From: Escherichia phage EF202P1
DNA length: 64,000 nt
Direction: 5' to 3' (one strand)
Sequence record: OP172796.1
The translations under genes were made by a program, and so were the position numbers. Below are positions 1 to 9,016 of the stretch, in pieces; within the stretch, counting starts at the first letter, position 1, and every line of letters starts with the position of its first letter. The notes beneath the pieces are model-generated. The model had not been told where the DNA came from and did not search any database. It worked only from the letters and a program-made list of their open reading frames with translations.

Positions 1-50
1 GGGAATGACCTTCCCCACTAAATAAAGTCCTTAAACTAGGAGATTCTAAA

Positions 51-299
51 ATGGCAACTATCCGCGCAACTGTCAATGCTTATGGCTGTTATACTCTGGA
101 CGTTAAATTTGATATTGGTGGAACTGATGAGTGTTTTTCATTAGTGAAGACAGTTATCAAGCAAGTTATCCCAGATTATAACCCTACTGATGACTTCTGG
201 AAAGACGCTGTAAAAGAGGCATTAAACGACGAGCATCACTATCATTACTGGGGTGACTTGATTATCTCACTGTACTACAATAAACAAGGTTACAACTAA
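51..299 (+). CDS. hypothetical protein (82 aa)
   Basis: ORF preceded by AGGAG-like RBS; followed by hairpin terminator at 339-360. Confidence 0.55.
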   Translation: MATIRATVNAYGCYTLDVKFDIGGTDECFSLVKTVIKQVIPDYNPTDDFWKDAVKEALNDEHHYHYWGDLIISLYYNKQGYN

Positions 300-338
300 T
301 CGACGCAACGGGGCTAAATAGCCCCAGATACCTTCACA

Positions 339-360
339 GCCCCATTTAAGGGGCTTTTTT
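339..360 (+). terminator. rho-independent terminator
   Basis: GCCCC-ATTTAA-GGGGC stem-loop followed by T6. Confidence 0.7.
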
Positions 361-809
361 ACGTCTATGTAATAGCCTCTATACAATCCCTTTCCTTTCC
401 TTTCCAGAATCTTACTAGACCTTAAAAGCAATAACTCTATAGCTTACTCTATAACCTTTTATCAAATCAACTTAAATATAAGCCCATAACCCGAAAGGGA
501 AGGGCAACCGTTTAAACGCTCTATAAAGCTCTATAACAGCCTTATCAACCTAACTTAAGGGATTGCATTAACTCACCCTTAAAAGCCCTTTATAAAGCTT
601 CCCAGAGCCTTAAAAGAATCTTATAAGGGTGTAAGCTTTATTATCTCGTTAGTATCTTGTGAACTACTAAAAAGGGGCTTGTTAGTGTCTTAAAAGTATG
701 TTATAGGGGCTATAAAGTTACTTCAAAGTTACGTAAAAGAGGCTATAAAGTTACGTAAATGCTAGCCCCCTTAACATCTTCTTAACAAATTCTTAACAAT
801 CCCTACATA

Positions 810-1720
810 GTTATGCTTGTTAGCAACTTGTTAGCCCCTTGTTAAATCTCTGTTAAAACCACGTAAAAGCCTTGTAAGAGTCTTTGACATAGCCTTTAAA
901 GCTCCTGTAAAGCCTTATAAATAGGTGTCTGTATAGTTGGGGTGTAATTACTAGGAAGAGGCTTAAAAGAGCTTACAAAGAGCTATAGAGAGCTTTTAAA
1001 AGGGCTATTTAAAAGGTCACTAAGAGGGAAAGGGAACGATAAGAAAAGAGATAGTGACCGTGTTAATAGCTTGTTAAAAAGATTAAATACTTGTTAGAGA
1101 CTTGTTAATTATCTTAACAAAATAACTCTTAAAAATTAACTTGTTAGCTCTTGTTAGTCATCTGTTAAGACTCTGTAAAGACCATGTATCGACTGTTAAG
1201 AACTTGTTACAGCCTTGTTAGTTCTGTTAAGAGTCTGTTAAGACCTCTGAAGAGATGTTAAGAGCTTGAGAGAGTTGTTAAGAGATTGTTAATGATATTT
1301 TAAAATTCTGCAAAGGGGATGTTACAGGGATGTTAAGGGCTACCAAGCAGATATACATCCTAATCAGATATTTTTGAGTTCCTTCAAAGACCCTAAAAAA
1401 TGACTTGATAGCTCTATTTTATAAAAATTTTAAAATTCTGAATAATCACCTAGACAGTCTTTTAAAAATACAGGCATAAACAGGCTTATAAGATACCTTG
1501 TTAATACCGTGTTAGACCTTGTGAGATAAGGTCTGTAAAGATATTCCTGTTAAGTTTGTTAAAACAGTCTATATAGAGGCTTAGTAATACCTAGTGAACA
1601 CCTATAGAGTGTCATCTATGTGACATAGAGATTAAGAGGTGTATAGGGGCTTCTAAGAGTGTGTAGAGAGATGGTTAAGGTGATTGTATAGGTTGTTAAG
1701 AAGGCTTGTTAGAAGAGTGT
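810..1720. repeat. array of about 28 degenerate (T)TGTTA(A/G) direct repeats, densest at 1061-1337; candidate iteron/protein-binding array
   Basis: Short motif recurs every 10-20 bp in an ORF-free region (for example ttgttaga, ttgttaat, ctgttaaga, gatgttaaga); also CTATAAAG/GGCTATAAAGTTAC direct repeats at 712-757. Confidence 0.6.
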
Positions 1721-1756
1721 TTAGAAGGGCTATACAGAGGGGCTATTAAGACCACT

Positions 1757-1802
1757 AGATAGATACTAAGATACTATATAGTACTATATAACTATATATA
1801 GA
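1757..1802. repeat. AT-rich ACTATATA/AGATACTA repeat tract (possible DNA unwinding element)
   Basis: agatactaagatactatatagtactatataactatatata lies directly after the repeat array. Confidence 0.45.
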
Positions 1803-1934
1803 GAGTAAGCTTAAGAAGGTTGTTAAGAAGGGTAGATATTTTATTCACATATGATGGTGACCCAGAGGTTGGGACAACCGATAAAATTTTATAAAAATTG
1901 AAAAGCCCCCAATTAAGGAGGCTCTTAAGATATT

Positions 1935-2485
1935 TTAAATCAGTGTTTCCAGAACTGTCTTCAGTGATGACTTGGTTGTTTGATAAAAATGAGTAAATCC
2001 GTTATTGTTATCGAATACCTGCATCATGATATCATCTCCCTTGATTGGATACACTCGGATATCATAGTGAAACCCATTAAATACAGCAGAACCATTACAG
2101 AATGCTCTAAAGTCATCCACTGAGATATACTCTTCATGACCTGTGATTTTTATACAAACACCTTTACTCGGTCTCTTAGGGTTGATATCTTCCATCACAG
2201 ACATACTCTGTCCACCAAGAGAGACCATAGTGACCATTTTACGGTTCTTCTGTCTGAAGTACATCTTAACTTTCTGTAAAGTATCTTCATAGAACGGATA
2301 AGACCTTTCTACAAAGATTCCTTCAAGTGGCTCTTTACCATTTTCAACTTCTCTGTTATGCCGTACTGCAAAGATAATTTGTTGGAACCAGTCAAAATTT
2401 TCTTCGGAGAGTCCTTCCCGAATATCATTCCAGTCAAGGACTAGATAGTTACCTTCAACTTCTTTTAAGTTATCTTTTTTTTCAT
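1935..2485 (-). CDS. hypothetical protein; reading frame interrupted at an A8 run near the start (frameshift or homopolymer length error)
   Basis: ATG at 2485-2483 opens a 6-codon frame (MKKKIT*); the -1 frame is open from there to 1935 with no in-frame ATG/GTG/TTG until 2264; slippery A AAA AAG at 2480-2474. Confidence 0.4.
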
Positions 2486-2498
2486 ATCTATCACACCG

Positions 2499-2963
2499 TT
2501 ATCGTAAAACTTGGTAAGCTGGTACTGCAAACTTGTTGCCGCTGTTCTTAATGAGGTCTTCTTCTGTTACTAAGAATGTAAGACCAAACAAATGTAAATA
2601 GATGCTGTCACACTCAAATATCTTAAATAGGTATTTACCGTCATGATAAACAGACTCTACTACACCTTTTGCAACAACCTCTCCAGTCTTGAAGTCTTTA
2701 AGGCGGTATACATTACCAACTTTAGGGACTGTTTTCATCTCAGGCTCTTTTAGCTTCTCACCAACCTCTACATCACCTAGTAAGTTAGAACTTTCAAAAG
2801 CTATATGGTTCATATAAGCTTCTGAGCATTCCAAGATAAAGCAATGCACAAGAGCCTTAGCAGCATGTCTTGAACAATTCAACTTATCACAAATCTCTTT
2901 GTACATTTTATCTTTAGTTGAATTGTTAAGCATTGCTTTTTGAACTACTACTTTAATTTTCAT
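2499..2963 (-). CDS. hypothetical protein (154 aa)
   Basis: ORF in minus-strand early block; no recognisable motif. Confidence 0.6.
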   Translation of the reverse strand: MKIKVVVQKAMLNNSTKDKMYKEICDKLNCSRHAAKALVHCFILECSEAYMNHIAFESSNLLGDVEVGEKLKEPEMKTVPKVGNVYRLKDFKTGEVVAKGVVESVYHDGKYLFKIFECDSIYLHLFGLTFLVTEEDLIKNSGNKFAVPAYQVLR

Positions 2964-3016
2964 TTCGCTACCTTCTAAGTTCCTACAAAGGGGCTATCAA
3001 GTAACCCCTCAAGTTA

Positions 3017-3241
3017 TTACTCAGACTTTTCAGTCTTCTTATCAGATTTCTTACTAGTCTTCTTCTCAGCTTTCTGCTCAGGTTCCTTCTCAGAAGTTGC
3101 CTTGATAACCATATCGAGAAGCTCTGATAAGTCACTTTTCAGCAAAGTAACAGGCTGCTCATTGTAGAAGTTTTTGTCAAGATAAACTTTGAACTCTTCA
3201 ATAGATGGAAATCCAAAAATTGGTACAGGTGTCTTAATCAT
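3017..3241 (-). CDS. hypothetical protein (74 aa), Lys/Glu-rich C-terminus
   Basis: ORF; C-terminal KAEKKTSKKSDKKTEKSE low-complexity tail. Confidence 0.5.
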   Translation of the reverse strand: MIKTPVPIFGFPSIEEFKVYLDKNFYNEQPVTLLKSDLSELLDMVIKATSEKEPEQKAEKKTSKKSDKKTEKSE

Positions 3242-3317
3242 TATTTAGTTTCTCCATAGGCATCTTTTAAGATTGCCTTGTTAATCATTTCAGCGATTGC
3301 AAAACGAACACATACAG

Positions 3318-3821
3318 CTATAATTGTAGGTTGCATTCTTTACTTACCTCTTCAAGTTTAACCTCAGAGTCCTTGAGTCGTTTCTTATGAACTCTGAATC
3401 TTAGTAGTGCGATGATGATACCAACTAAAGGGACAGCATACAAGTACCAAACATCATATACCTTTGCAGTAATCTGTGTAATGGTTAAGTCTTGAGCTAT
3501 GGAACTGATTGCTGATACTACCAGTAATGTTGCTAGGAAAAATGCCAGTACCATTACCGTACTTAAACAACCTCTGGCATGGTGTTCGTGCTTAATGCAC
3601 TTATTCTTTTCGTCAACAACCCTGTTGTAGTCGTTTGTAAAGTCTCTGTAGAAAGCTTTCAAGTATTCTTTATTGTAGCCTTCAAAGCAACCTGTACCGT
3701 ACCAATAATCACCACCAAAATGTGCTATGATACCGGTATCCCCGTTTGGTTTGGTTACTCTCAAAGAAGTATGATGACGAGTATCCTGATAATCTATCTT
3801 ATATCTTTCTTCGTAAATCAT
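3318..3821 (-). CDS. hypothetical membrane protein
   Basis: ORF with two hydrophobic helices (VMVLAFFLATLLVVSAISSIA; YLYAVPLVGIIIALL); start trimmed to the ATG overlapping the upstream stop (ATGA). Confidence 0.5.
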   Translation of the reverse strand: MIYEERYKIDYQDTRHHTSLRVTKPNGDTGIIAHFGGDYWYGTGCFEGYNKEYLKAFYRDFTNDYNRVVDEKNKCIKHEHHARGCLSTVMVLAFFLATLLVVSAISSIAQDLTITQITAKVYDVWYLYAVPLVGIIIALLRFRVHKKRLKDSEVKLEEVSKECNLQL

Positions 3822-4051
3822 TTTCCAACCCCTCTCAATCGTTTGTTCCACTCAAGGTCAACAAGTCTTTGCAGGACTTTCCCTCTAGGTGTTACACCTT
3901 TTAAATCTGCATCGTAGCAACGGTAAAAGTCACCTTCAGCATGTTTACCATAGCATTTTCTGATATTCTGACTTCTACGGTATTGTTCTAATAGAGACAG
4001 TCTGTAGTAATCTTCAACTGTAGTTAGTTTTTTCATTCTTTCACCACGCAT
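3818..4051 (-). CDS. hypothetical protein (77 aa)
   Basis: ORF, stop overlaps the next start. Confidence 0.5.
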   Translation of the reverse strand: MRGERMKKLTTVEDYYRLSLLEQYRRSQNIRKCYGKHAEGDFYRCYDADLKGVTPRGKVLQRLVDLEWNKRLRGVGK

Positions 4052-4119
4052 CTTCTTAAGAAACTAAAAAGGGAACTACCTCTCGATAGCTCCCATCATA
4101 GTTAGCCTTGTATATTCGG

Positions 4120-4701
4120 TCAAGAGTATTTTTTAGGCAGTAATGCACTACGTTTGTTACTCTCTTCACTCAATAGTGCGATGAAGTCATCACCTTTACC
4201 TTTCCACGGGCTGAATGAAGGGATATGTTCACGAATAGCCTCAATAACCGTCTTAAGTGCTGTATTTTTCATCCACCAATCAGAATCTGCTGATGCTACA
4301 ACATAGTACCCGCCATCATCAGTAAGGATTGGCTCTGAGATACATGGTGAAATCAGAGTGGTGATGATTGAACCATTATTCATGTAGTATGTGCGCTTCA
4401 TAACCTTTTCAAGAAGCTTGTGAAGGTCACCAAACAGTGTTACAAGCTCTTTGTGGTCAATGTCTTTTTCGAGATTTGCTCGATACTTCAAAAGTGCAGC
4501 ATCAACTTCTCTGTCATTAAACTTGAAGTACTGGACTTCCTCAACAAGACAAACACTGATGTTGTTGACATTCATAGTCAACTTGCAGACTTTTGCAGGA
4601 GAATTGATATTTGGTTGAAAAAGTGCAATACACCCTTCAATGTTTCCAAAATGTTGTACTAATGTCACTTGTGGAGTGATACTCTGTTGCTCTTCGGACA
4701 T
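4120..4701 (-). CDS. hypothetical protein (193 aa)
   Basis: ORF in coupled gene series. Confidence 0.6.
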   Translation of the reverse strand: MSEEQQSITPQVTLVQHFGNIEGCIALFQPNINSPAKVCKLTMNVNNISVCLVEEVQYFKFNDREVDAALLKYRANLEKDIDHKELVTLFGDLHKLLEKVMKRTYYMNNGSIITTLISPCISEPILTDDGGYYVVASADSDWWMKNTALKTVIEAIREHIPSFSPWKGKGDDFIALLSEESNKRSALLPKKYS

Positions 4702-5045
4702 TACAGTTTCCTCATTAAATACTTTTTAAGTTGTGTGTTAGGTTTCTCAAAAACTTCTATAGAAGATATCTTGACAGATTCACCACGCATACCTGTATGT
4801 TTGAATATATAGTACTCTAACATCCCTATATACTTTGCTGGTAAGTCATGTTTGACATACACCGTTACAGAATCTTCAAATTCAACAACCTTTGTACCAT
4901 CTTTGTAGTTAAACTCTTTAGGATGGTCGTAGTTGTCGATATCGTACATTAAAAAGAGTCTTTTCCGTTGCATATCAAGCTTATTGGTTAAAGACTCTTT
5001 GATATCTGAGAAGTTTTTGTACACTGTGACATGGAGCTTACTCAT
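4701..5045 (-). CDS. hypothetical protein (114 aa)
   Basis: ORF, start/stop coupled. Confidence 0.6.
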   Translation of the reverse strand: MSKLHVTVYKNFSDIKESLTNKLDMQRKRLFLMYDIDNYDHPKEFNYKDGTKVVEFEDSVTVYVKHDLPAKYIGMLEYYIFKHTGMRGESVKISSIEVFEKPNTQLKKYLMRKL

Positions 5046-5337
5046 CGTTAAACTCTCTGACGAAGAAATAATTGACTTTGTTATTACCTACCATAAGGTC
5101 AAAGCAGGTGTTCTCAAAAGGTTTGTTGTAGGCATCATATGAAGTGTACGTATCAGCTACTTGTTTAGTATTGAGCTTTTTACTTGATGGATTTAAGAGG
5201 CCACCATACAGTTTCTTGATAGCCTCTTCTACAACAGACCAGATGATTTCGTCAGTAATTTCTTCGTACAGGTCAAGTTCACGTTCTAGTGAGAAGTCAC
5301 AAATAGGGAAAATAACCTGTACTTTACTCATTAGCAA
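5038..5337 (-). CDS. hypothetical protein (99 aa)
   Basis: ORF, start/stop coupled. Confidence 0.55.
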   Translation of the reverse strand: MLMSKVQVIFPICDFSLERELDLYEEITDEIIWSVVEEAIKKLYGGLLNPSSKKLNTKQVADTYTSYDAYNKPFENTCFDLMVGNNKVNYFFVREFNDE

Positions 5338-5726
5338 ATGACCTGTGTTACCTGAATAGCTTCAGTTACTGACAAATCACCAACCGTTTCTTCTTTGACG
5401 AAGGTGAAGGTAAGCTCAACAGGCTCTTGTTCTTCCTGCTCAACCGGAATACCGTTAAGCTCATCAAAGATTGATTGAGTTGTCCAGTCTTCTCCACCAT
5501 CTGGATAGTGGATTGCGTAAAGTGGAAACTCTAAATTATACCAAGCAAAAACAGGGCAACCATCTGCATCATCTCGACATCTGTGGAGATATGTGTTTGT
5601 GCCTTCAAAATGCAAATGGAGATTACCATTCTTCTCAAAGAGAAGAGCATCTTGCAGGTCAAGTTCCTCATTTTCGCTGTAACGGCTGACATCAACTTTA
5701 ACGTGAATATGACTGTTATTATTCAT
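5331..5726 (-). CDS. hypothetical protein (131 aa)
   Basis: ORF, start/stop coupled. Confidence 0.6.
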   Translation of the reverse strand: MNNNSHIHVKVDVSRYSENEELDLQDALLFEKNGNLHLHFEGTNTYLHRCRDDADGCPVFAWYNLEFPLYAIHYPDGGEDWTTQSIFDELNGIPVEQEEQEPVELTFTFVKEETVGDLSVTEAIQVTQVIC

Positions 5727-6117
5727 AAAAACCTCTCTCTGCTTGTTCGATTTTCGCTTTTAGAACTTCACACCGTTCAATGTGATATCTGGCTTCATGT
5801 TCATGTGTCGCCAAAGTTCTTTCAAGAATGGTTTTATAGTAACCTGCAAGTTGCTCTCTTGTCAATGGGTTCTCTGAAATAATATCGAGACCACTTTCAC
5901 CAAGAGTATTAAACTGCCCATGTTCATTTACATGATAAGTCTCAAACTTGAATAAACCGTTATTAGCAGATTCAATAGGCGATAGTTCAACCAACTCAAC
6001 AGTGAACATTGTGTGCACCCTATCACCAACTGTAACAATGTTACTTCCAATGATGCGTACAAGCGAACCATTACGAGTGTACTTAAAAGTCCCAAAGTCA
6101 CTAGCCCAAAGCTTCAT
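5719..6117 (-). CDS. hypothetical protein (132 aa)
   Basis: ORF immediately downstream of a minus-strand terminator. Confidence 0.6.
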   Translation of the reverse strand: MKLWASDFGTFKYTRNGSLVRIIGSNIVTVGDRVHTMFTVELVELSPIESANNGLFKFETYHVNEHGQFNTLGESGLDIISENPLTREQLAGYYKTILERTLATHEHEARYHIERCEVLKAKIEQAERGFYE

Positions 6118-6131
6118 AGTTTTCTCCTTAG

Positions 6132-6158
6132 AAAATAAAAAAGGCTCCCGAAGGAGCC
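6132..6158 (-). terminator. rho-independent terminator (minus strand)
   Basis: GGCTCC-CGAA-GGAGCC hairpin with T-run on the minus strand, just after the lysozyme gene. Confidence 0.65.
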
Positions 6159-6168
6159 TATGAAGATA

Positions 6169-6633
6169 TTACTTTGGGTATACACTGTCAAGATAAATGT
6201 CAGCTTCCATTCTACGTCTGTTTTTCAGGCCGTTTGAAGTGACCTTCTTACCTTTGACTGTAACCTTGTTCCACCACTGCATAGCTTCTGCACAACCTAC
6301 CTTATTACCAGCATTGTGGCGCTTGATAAATGTAGAATCCTGCATAGCTGTGATACCGATGTTGTATGTTTCACTTACAAGTGCATCGAACTCGTTCTGA
6401 GAAGTTGGAACCTTGATAGCTTTATTCACTGCTGCAACGAACTTCTCAACATCTGCAAGAAGATACTGTTCAGCTTGTTCAGCAGTAATTTTCATACCCA
6501 TCTTAACAGGTTTTCCGTCAATACGGATTGTACCATACCCGATTGTTGGGATTCCGGCAGAGTCTTCGTAAGCCTCTAACTTCAGACCTTCAAAGAACTT
6601 AATAGCTTCTAAACCTTTTCTTGAGAGTTGCAT
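6169..6633 (-). CDS. phage lysozyme / endolysin (T4 e-type, GH24-like)
   Basis: LEAYEDSAGIPTIGYGT motif typical of T4-type lysozymes; 154 aa. Confidence 0.8.
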   Translation of the reverse strand: MQLSRKGLEAIKFFEGLKLEAYEDSAGIPTIGYGTIRIDGKPVKMGMKITAEQAEQYLLADVEKFVAAVNKAIKVPTSQNEFDALVSETYNIGITAMQDSTFIKRHNAGNKVGCAEAMQWWNKVTVKGKKVTSNGLKNRRRMEADIYLDSVYPK

Positions 6634-7517
6634 TATGCCTCCCCTGTTGGGTTAACTGTAACTGTTGCCGCATTAGATGTTACAGAGCCACCTGCACCAG
6701 TAACTACACAAGTGTAGCTTCCTGCATCAGCAGCAGTTGCACCTTCTTTGGTGTAAGTTGCAGCAGTTGCGTCTGGGATGACTTCCTCACCTTTCTTCCA
6801 CTGGTAACCTGTTGCACCTGTTGCAGTCACTGCTAAGTTGATGTTCCCACCTTCATTGATGGTCTGACTAGAAGGTTGTTTGGTAATCACTGGTAAGGCG
6901 TTCACAGTAACTGTTGCTGCATCTGAGGTAACACTTGTTCCAGCCTCTCCAGATACAACACAAGTGTATGAACCAGCGTCAGAAGGCGCTACAGACTGTT
7001 TTGTGTAAGTTGCAGAAGTGGCACTGGGGATGTCCTCACCATCCTTCTTCCACTGATAGCCAGTGGCGTTAGTTGCTAGAACACTTAGAGTGAGTGTACC
7101 GCCCTCATTGACTGTTTGGCCTGTTGGTTGCTGAGTAATTGCTGGTGGCTTAATAGCATCTTTCAGCTTAGCATTCAACATTGAGAAAGGCTTAACTCTT
7201 GCCAGCCATTCACAATAAACTGTATCAACGTCTTTACCATTGATAATTGCGTATTGTAAATCCATGAAGAAGTCAGAAGTTCTCATTTGAGCACCGATGC
7301 TGTAAAGCAAATCATCACTAAAAGGGACTTTGTAGTCTGGTTTGTAGTCAAACTTCTCAACTTCTGCGATATCAGCTTCAGGCCAATATGAACTATAGGT
7401 AAGTGGTAAAATAGCTTCTTGATATGTTCTAAAATCATACCTCTTACCAGCCTTTACATTTGCAACGAAACCCTTTACAAATTCTTTGAAGTCTGGGTAA
7501 GTCTTTGCTTTAATCAT
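6633..7517 (-). CDS. protein with N-terminal domain paralogous to the 7514-7885 product plus two tandem Ig-like domains
   Basis: Two ~85-aa repeats (YQWKKDGEDIPSATSATYTK...AGSYTCVV) with Ig I-set-like signature; N-terminal ~120 aa resemble the adjacent ORF. Confidence 0.7.
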   Translation of the reverse strand: MIKAKTYPDFKEFVKGFVANVKAGKRYDFRTYQEAILPLTYSSYWPEADIAEVEKFDYKPDYKVPFSDDLLYSIGAQMRTSDFFMDLQYAIINGKDVDTVYCEWLARVKPFSMLNAKLKDAIKPPAITQQPTGQTVNEGGTLTLSVLATNATGYQWKKDGEDIPSATSATYTKQSVAPSDAGSYTCVVSGEAGTSVTSDAATVTVNALPVITKQPSSQTINEGGNINLAVTATGATGYQWKKGEEVIPDATAATYTKEGATAADAGSYTCVVTGAGGSVTSNAATVTVNPTGEA

Positions 7518-7885
7518 TTCTTTTTAGCCTCTAAACGTGCGTTTAATCTAAAATAGCCTTTATGTTGTGGAGACACATCACTAACAACAATACCTTCAAC
7601 TTTATAACCCTTACCAATTACATACTGGATATCCATAAGAAACGTACCAAGCCCAACAATGTGGAACATTGGGTATAGCAACTTATCTGAATCTGGGAGT
7701 TTAATTTCTGGGTTATAGGTGGGTTGTTCGGCGGTTGGTGTAATATCCTCTTCAGGCCATTTACTCATTCTCCATGTTAAAGGTGATGCAACAACATCGT
7801 TAAGATTGTATCTTTCACCATTCTCCACGGAGTGGATATAGGATTGTAGGAAGCAATAAAAGTCTTTTGCACTCTTAGCCTTCAT
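7514..7885 (-). CDS. hypothetical protein, paralog of the N-terminal domain of the 6633-7517 product
   Basis: Shared order of motifs (KDF..F...V..G.RY; WPE(E/A)DI; LLY; FxMD(I/L)QY). Confidence 0.65.
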   Translation of the reverse strand: MKAKSAKDFYCFLQSYIHSVENGERYNLNDVVASPLTWRMSKWPEEDITPTAEQPTYNPEIKLPDSDKLLYPMFHIVGLGTFLMDIQYVIGKGYKVEGIVVSDVSPQHKGYFRLNARLEAKKK

Positions 7886-7899
7886 TAAATATCCTTATA

Positions 7900-7923
7900 A
7901 ACAGATAAAGGGGCATCAGCCCC
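7900..7923 (-). terminator. hairpin terminator (likely minus strand)
   Basis: GGGGC-ATCA-GCCCC hairpin flanked by T-rich sequence on the minus strand. Confidence 0.5.
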
Positions 7924-7932
7924 TGTTTATAC

Positions 7933-8523
7933 TTAAGCTTTGGTCTTAAGTAGGTTCTTAAGTTTTTTGAGATTCATGCTCTCGTCAAACTTAAAACCAA
8001 ATCCATTGACATAATCAATGAACTCGGATTTCTTACTAAGTGATAGTGCGTAACTCATATCAAAGTTATTACTTGTTTCTGCGTCTGGACTAGAGTTCAC
8101 ATCAAATGAAATTTCTGTAGGCTCTTGCTTGCTACTTCTCATATTATCAATCAATAGACAGGTGTAGTTCGCTGGATAGAAGTTAACACTCCCATCAACA
8201 TACCCATACTTATTATTGTGAATAAGGCTGGAAAATACCTTAAGAAATGTTTCTGAGTCGTGGCATACAAGTTTGAATTGACTGCATTCCCCAAGAGCCA
8301 CTAAAGAGTAAGGGCTTTCACTATCAATGTCATAGTTTGGATTTGATGTTGTAACCGTCACACGCATCAAGTTATTAGCAATAGTCTTCTGCTTGAAAGA
8401 ATTTGGGACATAGTGAAGACCTCTATCACACTGATTAACTAGCTCTTTCAATAGGTCATTTGCATATGGTGAATTAATTGATACAGAGCCATCACTATTA
8501 TAATTAAAACTTACTGTTAACAT
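7933..8523 (-). CDS. hypothetical protein (196 aa)
   Basis: ORF. Confidence 0.6.
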   Translation of the reverse strand: MLTVSFNYNSDGSVSINSPYANDLLKELVNQCDRGLHYVPNSFKQKTIANNLMRVTVTTSNPNYDIDSESPYSLVALGECSQFKLVCHDSETFLKVFSSLIHNNKYGYVDGSVNFYPANYTCLLIDNMRSSKQEPTEISFDVNSSPDAETSNNFDMSYALSLSKKSEFIDYVNGFGFKFDESMNLKKLKNLLKTKA

Positions 8524-8750
8524 TTTTCAGTTCTCCTGCGATTTATGATTTTGCTGCAATAGAGAAACGAAGTAAACTCACTGGAAGAAACCATTAAGTG
8601 TTGTTCACTAGATTGAGCCATTGCCCTGAAATACATTCCAGTCAAAGCATCGTAGTGACTATTCTTTCCAATTGAGGTTATATAGCCATGACTCTTTGCA
8701 GTTTTATATAAATCTATAATATCTGCGATTTCTAATTGGGAACTACACAT
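8517..8750 (-). CDS. hypothetical protein (77 aa)
   Basis: ORF overlapping the downstream start. Confidence 0.45.
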   Translation of the reverse strand: MCSSQLEIADIIDLYKTAKSHGYITSIGKNSHYDALTGMYFRAMAQSSEQHLMVSSSEFTSFLYCSKIINRRRTEKC

Positions 8751-8914
8751 AGATAATCCTCTTGTCTTCTGTAATTTTGAAAGAACAGGTACAGACCAAT
8801 TTCAGAGGATGAATAGTAGAGTAACTCTACCCTTTTTGATTCCTTACAGTGATTGGTATTTTTACCTTTCTTCGGGTTGTTTGATTTTCTCATTAAGTCT
8901 CCTTTGTAGAACAA
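8732..8914 (-). CDS. hypothetical small basic protein (60 aa)
   Basis: Short ORF at the head of the minus-strand block. Confidence 0.35.
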   Translation of the reverse strand: MFYKGDLMRKSNNPKKGKNTNHCKESKRVELLYYSSSEIGLYLFFQNYRRQEDYLCVVPN

Positions 8915-8991
8915 GGCAGACCTACAGCTTTAAGTAAGATGGTACAGTAATCCATACAACAAGTCAAGAACTATTGCAAGTTAAAAAAGTT

Positions 8992-9016
8992 GTTGACAAA
9001 GTACTTGACAAGGTGT
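8992..9016 (+). promoter_or_regulatory. conserved 25-bp tandem-TTGACA element (GTTGACAAAGTACTTGACAAGGTGT), candidate early promoter/operator
   Basis: Near-identical copy at 51497-51521; both sit in divergent intergenic regions upstream of the first plus-strand gene of a block. Confidence 0.5.

Noticed and set aside
810-1720. Possible CRISPR array suggested by the dense short repeats
   Set aside because: Repeats are 7-9 bp, degenerate and irregularly spaced, with no repeat-spacer periodicity and no cas genes; better described as an iteron-like array.
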